A DNA stretch of 64,000 bases from Iphione sp. A-MEVVRFRX5. Lineage: Eukaryota. This document shows positions 1 through 12,847 of this stretch, one piece after another; within the stretch, counting starts at the first letter, position 1; each line of letters begins with the position of its first letter. The translations under genes were made by a program, and so were the position numbers. Under the pieces are notes generated by a model. That model ran no database searches and was not told the origin of the DNA. It saw nothing but the letters and a program-made list of their open reading frames with translations. The DNA lies in assembly GCA_976226885.1 (NCBI GenBank), contig OZ320314.1, forward strand, positions 94,674,001 through 94,738,000. The letters are read 5' to 3'.

Positions 1-682
1 CTAGGCTACGGGGAGAGGTGGTTTTTAGTAGAGAGCACTCCACTGAAAAGGTCAGGATTCTCGACCCTTTTTTTCTTCACCATAGGAAGATAAATGGAAT
101 GTGGCCAGTGTCCGGTGTTCAATGTGTGGGCCTGGTCAGCCCGGGGGCCGGAGCTGACCCATGGTCACCTGTACACTAGTGAGTAGCCAGTGAACCCCTG
201 GGGTCATGACCAACCCATGCCAGCCCATGCCACGGAGGCACGGAGGGGAAAAATGGCCACGGGCAGGGATGAAGTCGTCGTGAACAAAGCCCATCCGCGA
301 AATTCACAAGTGGCTGCGACCCGTCACTGAAGTTTCCTAGATTGTTTCTCTTTCCTTTTACAATGAGGATTAGGCACCTCTGTGTAGATACTGCGGGGAG
401 TTGGCATATGTAGAGGAAACAGGGATTATTGGGTTTGCCTCTGGTCAAAGGTGAGCAGTTTTTAATGGAATGTCAAGGCTGAATGAAAGCAGGCATAGGA
501 TAAAAAGCTGTCGCATATACAAATGCATTGTGAGGCACAGCTTCCAACGGAAACAGTTGAGTGTATAGTAAAAAGGCATGGAAATAATTGCCAGGAGCAC
601 AGGAAAAAGTATACTTTTCGTATGCGTAGATCATGCCTAGCAGTCGCCCAAATGTTGCACTGAAGTGACGAATGACTAGATT

Positions 683-805
683 ATGAAAAAAGTTAAAAAT
701 AAGAGCGACGAAAATGCTGAGAAAGAATGGGAGGCAGAGACAGAGTGTGAAAATGAAAGAGATAAAGAGAGACCGAGAGAGAATGAGAGAAAGAAGAGAC
801 TAGAC
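683..805. repeat. GA-rich low-complexity purine tract
   Basis: Degenerate (GA)n/GAGAGA runs; they explain the E/K/R-rich ORF 683-907 and the S/L/F-rich antisense ORF. Confidence 0.75.
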
Positions 806-3800
806 GAAGGTACCCACTGGTCATCATTCATCACTGTGACTACCATCATTTGTTTCTCGCTGTACCTCCCCCTTGTCCCTTCACTCGGACACACAGTGTT
901 TGGATAAAAGGCGGTGCTCTCGAAAATTACAACTCGCGCTCTTGTAAAGAGGTCCAGAGATAAACTTTGAACTGGATTTAAACAGGGCAAAGATTGATTG
1001 TTTGTCCATTTGAAACCCGTGGGTAAAGCTAACCTTGTCATTTCTCAATGTCTGCTCGATGGTCGTTGTAATTAATTCTTCTCTGCAGGAGCATTGGAAA
1101 GCTTTTTAGTGCTACAGACGTGCTCCGTTTATTTTCATTTCACTTTTGACGTTTTCAAGTTGATGTTGTCTGCTCCATTGAAAGGCATACATCCCATGTA
1201 ACCTACGCCCTTTTCTTAGCAATTGTGAACCAGTGACACTTGTAACTGTCAACATCCCCACCTCTGGCCTTATCATATTATCTGGCCGTGCCCCAACTGT
1301 CCTAACTGACTTGGTGATGAAATAATACCTATTTAACTTATTGCTAATATTCGGACAATGCCCTCGATGGCCCTATACCACGCCCTTGCGCAATGGCAAC
1401 CTGTGATTGCTGTTCGTTCATCTCCAACTCGACGGGGGGGCTCGGCCCGCGAGTTGGACGCCCGCGGCTCACCCCCTGCAGTTCTGACTACCTCTCCGTA
1501 ATCCGTGAGCGACCTCTGCTTAGAGACAGGCATTTTTGCGGATTGTTCTGGCAGAGATTGTGACAGGGCATTGACCGTTGGATAGATGGGTAATATTCTA
1601 CGTCAACGAACGCCAGTTTCCAGTACACGTATTGATATTATTCTTGAATGATGTCAGATCCCTAAATATATGTAAACATCTTTCCAGGACTGTTATTTAA
1701 CTAGTATTAACAACGTTCCTATTCCTCCGCCTGACCTAACATTTATATTAAGATATAAGTAGACAGCAAAAAAAGGTATAGACGGTTTTATGTGCTTGGC
1801 ATCCAACTTTACCCATCTGCTAGGTTCTACAAACTGGATAGGTATACCATGGTGGGTGTGGTGGGAGGTGCGGGAACCAGGATGAACTAAAAAGATGTAC
1901 ATGTACGTTCATAGGGGCACCGTGCTGCTCTTTCCCACCTCTCTCTACAGATAATCACGTGGTGTCATCTTCTCTCTGCATGGTAGCGTCAACCTACGGT
2001 CTGCCAAAAAATATCGTCTGTCAGTTTCTCACCGGTTTCTCCAAGAAAAGGAAAGTTTTGTATCTCGTTTCGAGTCGATAAATTGAACATGACCACATGT
2101 ACCTACCACACACTGTACAAAGTACAATGAGTAAGTTTTGACAGAACGTGTTCATAATACCGAGTTCGGTGGTGCTGTTCGCCAGTCCAGAAGGAAGGAT
2201 ATTGACAGGTTAATTGGCTTTGGGGGAGTGGCTGCACAGGGGCTAGACCGATTGATTTGGGTTGGAATTCCACACGATTATCTCCGATGGGAGTCAAAGC
2301 CAGTAAATCAGCAGCAAGAAAGGAAGGCTAAGGAAAACCTCCATAATAAATCTGCTTACTGTCACGTGCGCCGTATTAGTTCCCCCCTGCCGTCTTGTCT
2401 TTCAAAGCCGGTTTGCCTTTCTCCTCCAGTGAACACAACACTTTGGATGGGGCTTCTTCAAAGAATGAAAACCTCAGAGGGAGTCGTCCAAAGAGTTGAT
2501 TAGAAACAAACTTTTTATCGGGAAATAGAGGAGACATGTCTCAGTATAATATGCAATGTTCACCCAGGTACATTCCTGCATATGCTTGTGTAGCTCATTT
2601 ACACTACAACTGTGATGACTACGGCATAGCCGACGTTCAACGCTGAGCGTTCGGCTGGATATATTAATATGTTCCCTGGATGCTGATAGAACTGTGGCAT
2701 GTGACCGCCCCGCGTGGCCTTCCTCTCAACTTTGACCCTACCTGTCATGGCCGCCCTTGTTCTCCTGTTTGTAAATCCCCATAGTTATCGGTTACCAATG
2801 GGCAACCGGGCAGTGGGCCTTGACCCGGAAGGTCTTGGCGTGGCATCCAGCCGGACAACCACGCGGCTCTACATGTCAACATTTACAGAACTCCCCAGCT
2901 TCCAACCCACCAACTCTCTGCTTTCCCGAAAGTGCGCTTTATCAGTGAGAAGAGTTAAAAGATTCCACCCCACCCCCCACAGGAGTAAGTTGGTGTTTTA
3001 CTGCTACCAAGGGCAACCCCGCTCGACCCAAAGGGCATTTGGTCGACCTCGAGGGCATCGCCCTCCAGGACGTGGCTTGACCAAGCCAACTTAAAAAAGA
3101 ACAACTCCTATACGTACCACGGCGTTTAACATTAAAACTAAACGGGGGTTTGACCTGGGATATTCTTATTCAACAGACTGAGATGCTTTACAGTAAACCT
3201 AGACCTAAGGTGTTGGACAGTAGAATTAATAGTCATCGAAAAGCGATTGCTGGGAAGCGGCAATGATCAATTCAGCTCCACGGTGAAACCACGCGAACCT
3301 CTCATGCCTTGGGTGTAATCAATTACACCACACCTTGTCACTAGAGGCGCCACGGTCGCTGCTAGAGACGTGGCGCCAGCAAAGCAGCAGGTGAGCAAGG
3401 CACAGGTGTCTATACCTGTGGAGAGATATACCTGCACATGTAATATCAACCTACAATCTGTCGACCAGATTTCTCGACTTAATGATGCGATGTCAACTTC
3501 AGCCCAGTCAGATTCTGGCTGTGAGAAACGCTCCCGGGCACTCCGACCAAGCCTGCCTTACGATTATTGCACAACGTGAGCGCTCCTGGCCGTGAAGTCA
3601 GCTTCTGACAAGTGCAAATTATGACTGCTCCCCATTGTCAGACAAGCTGGTGTCAGACCGACACACGTAAGATTGTTTAATAGAAAAACAGATGCCCTCC
3701 AGGCATATAAATTAATGAAATAAAATCCGAATTGAAACACATATCATATGACTAAAACGTTTCGATTTTCTTTCTGATAAACATGTACACTGGGATTGGT

Positions 3801-4303
3801 TTTATTACTAAAACCAATGCATTTGGATCAGAGAGGAATTTCACATGCATGCACTCTTTGCTTGTGCAAATGATAAATTCATTCATAAGTCACTCTTAAA
3901 AAGGTGGGCTAATTTGTAATCTTGGTTTTCCACCACTAGAGATTATATGTGAAATTCTGAAAATTAAGATGCTTACCACACTGGCATCTTCTGCACGACG
4001 TTATCGGTCTCAGCAAACGGTTGAATTCTCTCAGTATTTTCAGTTCTCTTCGATCTGCAACACAGTTGTCAAGTTCTTGGTGTTAGACGAGTATACGGGG
4101 CCAGCGACCATGAGGATGACATAGGAGCAACACGCAGCACATTTGATATACGTCTCACGAGTTTTCTTTATGATTTACACACTGTACCGGAGACGCATGG
4201 ACGTGATGCCGAGAGGGAACTGCCTCAAGTACCACACCCACACGAGCTTCTTATACCTTGGGGCGCCGTTGAGCTACATCGCTCCACCCTCCTGGTGGCT
4301 GGA

Positions 4304-4484
4304 TGGGAGAGTTGGGGGTGGGGGGTGGGGTGGGGGATGTTGAGGGTTAAGGGATGGTAGTGAAGGATAGGAGTAGGTCTACTATGGTAACAGGTGGGTG
4401 CGCGCCTTGGTGGGTTAGCGGGTGGGAGGGGGGTTGAGGGGGTAGGCGCTAGGGGCGAGAGCGGAGAGGTGGGGTGGATTGGGG
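4304..4484 (+). repeat. G-rich tract with G-quadruplex-forming potential
   Basis: Many GGG-GGGGGG runs separated by short loops, e.g. GGGGGTGGGGGGTGGGGTGGGGG at 4313-4335. Confidence 0.6.
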
Positions 4485-6020
4485 TGTCAGGTGAGTAGTG
4501 TATTAGTTGGCACCTGCAGCTGGGTCCACCAGCTGAGTTCACCGGTATGGCGACGCCCGTCAACAAACCCTGGACACCTCCATGGGCCTCTGGCCGTCAC
4601 CTCCCGGCCGGAGGACTGTCCCCGGGGTGTCAGCTGCCTTTTTCAAGGTTCACAGCTCCTGCACCTCCCCTGGGAACTGAAATAGTGTCTATAAAATACA
4701 CCCGCCATGATTTTTCTCCCTCCGATAAATCCCAAGCACAGTCCACTTACATTGTCTACTATGCAAATCGCATGACCACACCTTGCATGGATTTCATTGC
4801 TCTGGTGTACCTGTGCTTTTATAGACACCCAGTCGCTACGTTCTTTACCTCAAAGGAATATAAAACTTATTAACTTATAAAACTCATAAAAGTTATTTTA
4901 CAGTGGGCCAGATATATAACTGATTTTATCCAGTGAAAGACGCAGAGGTAATAAAGTCTGTATTTGTTACAGCTTACTGGTCAGTTGGTGTACTTGTTTC
5001 TCATTTTTTCCCATGGGCTCTAATGCTGTCCAAACGAACATGAAGTTAATTCAATTTTTCACTGTAATTGCAGGCAGCCTGAATAGAGTCCCCGAACAAT
5101 TGGTGACAGGACAGCATGAATAACCCCTGAGTGCCCCGAGCCCTCGCTGAACAGCTCTACAAGCACAGCGCATTCACAGCCAAAGCCTTGGTTCAATAAG
5201 TGTTCTTATTCAATGCCAGGCAATTCGTGCGCCTCTTGACTGTATCAGTGGTTGGAAAACATCGTGGCAACATAGAGAAAGGCTTATTTTGAAAAGTTCC
5301 CAGACAGTTTTATTTGACTCTGCCCCGGACCGTGGTCAAGTGCCCCACTGTTGATGAGAGCCTGTAGGGGCTGCCAGTAGACGGAGTGGGAACCGGTGGC
5401 TGACCGGTGGTGAAAGGGCGAGAGCTGGCCAGGAATCTATAATGGAGAGGAAATAACATTGTGTCAGCAAGACAGAGGCCACCGGACGGGGCGCGGGCTT
5501 AAGTGGCCGGACTTGGTGTACTATTGTACCCTTCACCCAGCGCAGATCTGGGGACACAATACTGAGGAAGCAGCGACCACGCGACACTGACAGCATACAG
5601 GTCACTTGGGGTGGGCGGGGGTTCTGCGGAAGTAGGCCCAGCCCGGCGACAACGACAGCTCTTCCTCGCTGCAAGTTCTCTGGATCTGCCTCTTCCTCAG
5701 GCGTTTCGCCTGGGCAAACATGGGCGCAGGTGGAGGTAACAGGAACCGTCATGTCACCAAAAAAGCAAAGGTTCACTGACATTACACCATGAACCGTTCT
5801 CGGGCCTTCTCAAGACAAACAGTACTGCATTTTCCTGGAGACAGGCGCGTTCCGCACAGACTGGGGGGGGGGGGGGTAGGTAGGTGCCCAGGTTCTTAAC
5901 TATAAGTACATTAGTCTTACGTAAAGGCCCCGCCCGCCTCTGAGTAGAGCACTTCCTCAGCAGTTTATAATGTGTCGTTCAGTCTCGAGATGCAGCCTTA
6001 CACAACGACTGGTAAGCTAC

Positions 6021-6036
6021 TGGCGCCCTCTAGCAA
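6021..6036 (-). promoter_or_regulatory. CTCF-like motif
   Basis: Minus strand TTGCTAGAGGGCGCCA carries the AG(A)GGGCGC core. Confidence 0.4.
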
Positions 6037-9000
6037 CTCGAGCCCTCCTTCCTGAAAGCTATCCCCTCAGCTTTATTAACATTTGAAATTTCGAAATTGG
6101 GAATATTTAGACGGTTTGCTTGCGTAAGATCCTTATGTGTGTTCGTAAAGTGGTTTTCCGGCGAACCTGAGATCCCACGGCCATGGTGGCACTACAACTC
6201 ACTCTGCTGGGTTCCTGTCTTTAAGATTGTTAAGAAACTGGGTGAGCTGTAACAGGGGTAACCTTAAAAGGATGCTCGACGGGAAGCCTTTTATGCAGCA
6301 TCTCATTCTGGTTATATTTCAAGTAAGAGAACCAAATGCTGCCAATCCCCGAGCATCGCCTTTAATGGCTTGCGGAAGGCATTACAGAATCCCCTTTTTT
6401 TGTAGAATCCAACGGCCTCAGATCTCGATGCCTGTGCACACTAGATGCATCAGTGACAGGCACCTTTAACTGTTGGAACCACGGGAGTCCTTTTTATCCC
6501 GGATGCTGGTTTCTCCGACCCTCGCCGACGACCTGCCGACCCTTTCGCAAGCGACGGCGAGCGTCGGGCACGGCAGGTGTGACAAAGTTAGCGGCGGCGG
6601 GCGCCCTCCTGTCCCCTGTTTTACGTGGGTCAACGGCCAGAGTTTGCCAGGTGCTGTTGTAACAGGACTCAACTCCGTGCGGCAGCAAGCCAGCAAGCCG
6701 CTGCAGGTGCATACAGCCTCTGTTTCTCACTGAGACCTCGACGGGCGCCAGGTCTAACCCGCCGAGAATTAAAAACTGAATGGTGGCACAATAGAGAGTT
6801 TATCCTCTCAGTTTCATTGGGAATAACCAGAGCTAGTTATCATTTAGCAGACAAACAGGCGGCGCGTGTCAGTGCTTGTTTATTAAGAAAAGATCCGGCC
6901 TCTCACAAAACTCCGCCTGCAACACAAGGAAAGGTGACACGATCCATAGCTATTGTCCCACTGCGCACGTGGGCGCCCTTCTTGCTAAAATTAAACTAAT
7001 AAAAACAGAATTAAAGGCGATTTAACGGGCTTTCGATACATTTAGCAATACACGTACATGTAGTAGAAGCCGATGGATTAACAGGGTAAAGCGTAACTGC
7101 ATGGAGTGGCGTGGGGTCTGAATTCCACTTCCACTGACAAACAAACAGTACCATGCATGAATAGAGATGTGGCGACTGTGTCAGGGACACATATTTCACT
7201 GGAAGTAGAACATTTTTCATTTATTACAATTAGTCCACGAAAAGGGAGGTACCGAACCCAGACAGGAAAGGATGGCCCGCTTAATGGCATATAATTAAAA
7301 TGGTGGGTCTTTTCACTCTCACATGGCAAATGCTCATCGCTGCTAGTTGGGGATTGATTTATGTGCCGGGCTCAATGAGACAATGGTATGGGTGGGGTCC
7401 GTCCCAGTCTCTGGTATCTAATCACGGCAAACTAGATTTATACTGCCAACCAGCTAAGTAGCCACACACAGGGAGAAGGACCGACCATGACGTGTCCTCC
7501 CGAAGTTTGTCATCGTCAGTGTCTATAGAAAAAATAGTTCATTATGGCCTTCACAGGAGAGGTCGGTTCATACATGAAGAAAATCTACAGTCCCCGACTC
7601 CAATGTGAGTTTCCAGTTCTTAGGCGTGACTGGTCACTCCCAGAGGTTAGGGGCAGAGGGCAGGGGTCACTTATCGTTGATGTTTCCTTGTTTTGTTGTT
7701 TGGGGGCAGTAAAGATATTTAGCGGGTTGAAGATGGCTGATGACCTCTGGGTTGCTTGTAGCACAGTCTCTTGCTTACGTGTTTCGGACGTGGGAAATAC
7801 AAGAAAGGGGTTCGTATCTATAAATGAGATCTGGCAGCTTATTGTATGGCCGTGCATGTTGGCAAAGAGCCGACGTTGACTGGGAACATTGAATTACAAC
7901 AACACACAACCCTGACAAAAAAAACAGGATTTACAAGGGGCGGTAGCAGGACGCCAGTAAATGATTACTTATCGTCAAAATCGCTAAATGCACCCATCAT
8001 TATTTGTATGTTTCATCAACGAGGCCCTCATACAGTTGATTTGTTATGAATGTATGGTATAGCTACCAAAAATACTATCTTATATATATACCGATATGTA
8101 TGCTTGTATGAATACAATGTACAGATTCGTTTTACATCAAATGGGAAAGTCCTACGTGTTGTGGCAGGGGAGATTTTATTGGCAAGCTATAATTTACGGG
8201 TAAAATATCCGGACGGTAAAAACAGCCTGTCATTTCAAAGAAAACAATATATTTTTGACGTACGAAAATTAGAGCTTCCAAAAATACAACCAAGAGAACG
8301 TTCGTGTGTTGTTCTTAACTGCAATTAAAGAGATTAATCAGTAGGTAAACACACTAGTGGCGTGTGCTACGCCGAAGGCAGATTGGTTAGTAAGGTTAAT
8401 AGATGCAGGGATAAGAACCCGGGGGACATCCATTGTACAAACAACAGTCCCACTGCACGGCAATATTTATAATGAAGTCAGGTTTAATTATGGCACGGAC
8501 ATAAGTAAATGGTAGATATTGTAAACAGGTAGTAATGTTCCACAACTCAGAGAAATCTTGATTACTCTACTCCTATTTCCCCGAATAGATACATGCACAT
8601 ATATGTAGATCTATATATGCCTAGTAATGAGCACCGAGACAACACAGGATGCCAAGCCTTCAAGCTGTGTTGCCTTCATATAATGACAATGCTAAAACAT
8701 GTGTAACTTGATCAAATTTTGTCATTCCATAATGCATATGACATGCATACCGTAGTTGTACGAAGTTATGATAAACTCATGATAGGGCTGTTAAACATCC
8801 TGGAGTGTCCTGCCTCAATCGTCCATATAAAAGGAATAAAAGTTTATAAAATGTCCATGAATACATGTATAATCAATTTTACTGAGGGAGACTTGACCGA
8901 AATCTTGTCAGAATGCTTCACCAGTTGGTAACGGCGTCCGCCAAGATGCTATCTTTGAGCACCTCCTACGTCTCTTTACGCTTAGAAGTCCACAGAATGG

Positions 9001-9870
9001 ATTCTTAGAACGAAAAGCATACACTATGGCTATAGTCCGGCTCCTTTGTGAAGCTATCAATGGAAACACCTCCAGTGATGGAATTTAGTTTTCTTAAAGA
9101 GCCGTCAAGGTGTTGGAATGACATCATAAGTGGCCTTGCCCTAGACCAGGCGCGCTATGGCATTGAAGTGCTGGCCAAGTTACAAATGAACTGTCAAACT
9201 GAATGGCATCCGTTGTTCGTGATGATATTTCGAGGATCGCCTTGGCGTCAACATCCTTTTCCAACTCAACTTTTTCAGCACATGCAATATCAAAGTGTAA
9301 TTTCTTGAGTGGAAGTAGGGGTCCTGTCTAACTTTGACTCAATGCAAGAAAAAGCAAATATTGTTTTCTATAAAATGTATTTTCAAACAACTGACAAGTC
9401 GAGATGGGACTTACCGGAAGATATCCTACTCTCTCCTCACATTCACGACCGACCCAGGTCTCGAGGTTCCAATCTTCCTACAAGTATGCATACTTCGAGA
9501 AGGGAAAGGTCCGTTCCCTGTAGTAGTCGGAGAAACACTGAGCCTTGACGATCCTCTCCGAAAGTTTCACCCCCTGCCAAACTGAGGATTGCTTTACCCC
9601 TATCGCCCACCAAACCGCTTTCTCTGTCGTCAGTTTGATGGTTGGTATCTCACCTGGACTGCACCGAAGTAGCCTCTAATTACCTAACACGACGGCAGCC
9701 AGGTGTATCGGATCAAAGTAGGGACATGGTCAGGCGTGGCATCGTCTACTTTATGTTCGCACCTCATCAAATGGTGTAAAACATGTTGGCGATTGATACA
9801 AAAGCTGCGCTGTTAGGGCAATATGAGGGTATCCCTTTAGAGATGCAGGGGAGTGGAATATGAGCGAGTC

Positions 9871-10237
9871 TGGGCGGTTTGTGTGAGGAGTATGGTCGGG
9901 TCGACCACGCCCAATGGGCCCCTATGTTTGCAGGCCGAGCCCTGTGGGGAGCCATAGACAGTCGTAGACGGTCGGCGAGCTGCGGCCGACGAGCGACGCC
10001 GCGACGATCGGAGTTGCCGGTCTTCCTCCCGACTGCCCCAGCACGCCTCCTCCGGGTAGCAATTACTTGTCGAGGAGAACTGCTTTGAAGCTGCACCGAC
10101 GTGGGGGTCAGTACGGAGGAGTACAGTTATGTCCGACGCCTCCGGCCTCTGATCTCAGAGGCTGTGATCGTCTTGTCCAGACTTCCCGTCTGGGATGTTA
10201 TATGAGGGAAGCATGGAAGTAAGGGTTCCTAATTCTC
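9871..10237. other. Exon-like unit readable only as the un-reversed complement (mirror block)
   Basis: Complement read left to right: CTCACCTTATACTCGCTCAG|122 stop-free codons + 1 nt|GTAAGT. The peptide is Arg-rich and not protein-like. Confidence 0.25.
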
Positions 10238-12737
10238 CATTCATTTCACTATAATAAATTATACACCTGTTGCCAAAACTACAGAGGAGGGGAAGACCTT
10301 TATCGTTAGTACTACGTTATATCGACATAGATCTTATGTAGAAACCTAATTATAAAATCCTTCTAATGCGTTCGAATGCTATTGTTAATCTACATATGAT
10401 GAAGGTTCTGGAACTAAAGACCTCGAGATACATGCTGAGGTATCCTAAAGAATATTTAAATGTTTCCCAGGCACAAAAAGAGTTTCCCGTGAAGACGCTG
10501 TGTATACCCTGAACGTTTCTTTAATTGACGTTTACGCCATGCCTAAGAGCACTTGTAGACGTCGTATTCTAAAACATGTTTGTGCCATCGTCCTCCGGTG
10601 GCCCTCAGTCATATGGAGGCATTAAACCCATTTGTCTGTCGAGAAGGTTGTTTGGCCAGGGGAAGGGCCAAGATGGCTACGCGTGTTGCCCAAACAAGAC
10701 CCTCAACAATCCTTAGTGGTTTAAGAAGTCAAGGAGGTGGCCATGCAGGGTCCTGTCGGTACCTCTTGGGGTTCTTGTGCTTGAGACGAAGAGAATAAGC
10801 AGGGGGCCGAGAAACTGTCAGGTAATCTTGGCGATCTGTATCTACCTGAAGGGCGCAAACTGCTAGGCGGGAACTTAAAAGTGGGAAAGACACTATAGGA
10901 CAGAGGTTCACTCAGGGTGAGGGAGTCCTTTTGTTAACTATGTCCAATCTTTACACCTGTTAAGTGATTTTTTTGTGTGTCAAAGCAACTGAATACCTGT
11001 AGCGCGGTGACCGGTAAGAAATAGTCACCTGTGATCGAAAAAACACACTATATAGCTATGAACTACTTGTTCTGTGAACGCCACCATTACTACCACCACA
11101 CAGACATATACGAACGATGCCGAAGAGAATGAAACAGCATGTCAAAGTAAATGCGTCAAGTTGATCTGAGCCTTGAGATTTGGTGAATCGGGCCACAGCA
11201 ATTGCCGCCCTTTTGTAACGTACTCTTCAAAACATATTAGACAGTGTGGAAGATTATTTAATTTTGTAGGGGAAAAATCTACTATGTTTACTACATCTAC
11301 AACTGTACAGGTGTGATTGATTTCCCGGTATTTAGTTTGGGGGAGTCCATTTGTTGCAGCAATTATATCGAAAAAACGCTGCTGGCACGTTCCAGGGACG
11401 TTATGTCAGTCACCGTTGGGTTAATACAAACAAAAACTTCAGCTTTTATCCTAAAACCATTTAATATTCTTTCCTCGACGGAACCATATTTCACGATTAA
11501 AAATGTTTACCTTAACTGAGATTAGCTGACTGCCATGATAACATCATGCGTATTTGGCACGGCTACATGGTTTAATATACATGTAATCGGTCCTAACAAA
11601 AGCCTGATTTTAACCTAAGGCAGGTGTTACAAACCTTTACGTTACACTGATAATAAAATGGTCGTTGTGGTAACTACCAATCCCTTCTTTTTAATTTTCG
11701 GTCGAAACCGACCACTGCTACAAGGTGATGGGTGGGCGGGTGGGGCATCTTTGAATAAACTCTACGTCTACGTCAATGAAGGTGGCGTTATTTTCCACGC
11801 CCGTCGTCGTGTTCACACCTCTTGACATGTTGACAGTACAAAGGGTATGAGTGACTGTACAGCCGTCAATGTCTGACATGCTGGCTGAGCATGGTCAAGG
11901 ATGAAAATGATGGCCTTTCGTCGGCTAACGTGTCGACGAGGAGAAAGGTGCTTGACCCCTTCTCGACCAGGCTTGACCATCGGTGTGGAGATAATAAGTG
12001 GTCAGTATCAGGCCTTTTCATGTCAGATACAAGGTCGCGGCAATTGGAGGAGATAATTCTATGGACATGTGAACATACAGCGCGTTATAGACTTGTGAAG
12101 TAGCCAAGGTATGTCCTTGGTTGTTGGATTTGAAAGATCACCTTCTAAGAGGGAAGGCCTCTCTAAGGGCCGGGTTTAGCGTTGATACCGGTCCCGTCGA
12201 CCGGTCAGCAGGGCTCTCCGACCAGGCGGTTCCTCTGACCGGTGGCTGAGCCTGACCACTCCCGAGAACTGTTATTTAGTCCCAGGGAAACAAGCCAACA
12301 GGTAATGATAGAGCCGGCGCGGACACCAACCGACCGTCAGCATCATGTCCCAGGGTCAACCTGTTGGCTTTTTAGAGGTCAGAGGGGCTTTTGTTCGTGT
12401 CGGTCCGTGTCTCCCACGCTATTTTGTCATCGCACGCTGACCACTGGTCAAGTGTATAGCTTTCACATAGTTTTTACCCCCAGGTCCCCTACCCCATCAT
12501 TGCTCCCACCCCACCCCCGCCCTACTCCCTTCTAACTGCCACGCTGAAGCATTCCAGAAGGGCGTGCGGGTCTGGATGTGTGCGCACACAGACATGCACC
12601 TATGACCACCACCTCCGTATCAGCTATCAGCCTGCGAGCTTATCACATCAATATTTCTGCCGATAAGTATCGACTAGGGGCATACTGCACGCTATGTGAC
12701 GGACAGAGAAGACAGCGCAGCCTGCACCGAAAACGTC

Positions 12738-12847
12738 GGCGGAGGATGAGTTGATGGGGCTAATGAAGAATAAGAAGGCGGCGACGGGCGCGCTGGTTGA
12801 GGACGGGTGGCGGAGATCGGGGCTTTTGTTGGCGGAAGATTGTAGAC
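12738..12847. other. Exon-like unit readable only as the un-reversed complement (mirror block)
   Basis: Complement read left to right: GGCTTTTGCAG|110 nt, RLLLNYPDYFLFFRRCPRDQLLPTASSPENNRLLTS, mostly C-ending codons|GTAGGT. Confidence 0.3.

Noticed and set aside
134-211. Cluster of nuclear-receptor half-sites (GGTCA/TGACC x5, IR0 at 202-211)
   Set aside because: GGTCA/TGACC is the mirror of the common words CCAGT/ACTGG and is abundant across the window, so the cluster cannot be judged until block orientation is resolved.
683-907. Charged coiled-coil-like protein
   Set aside because: Translation of a GA-rich low-complexity tract.
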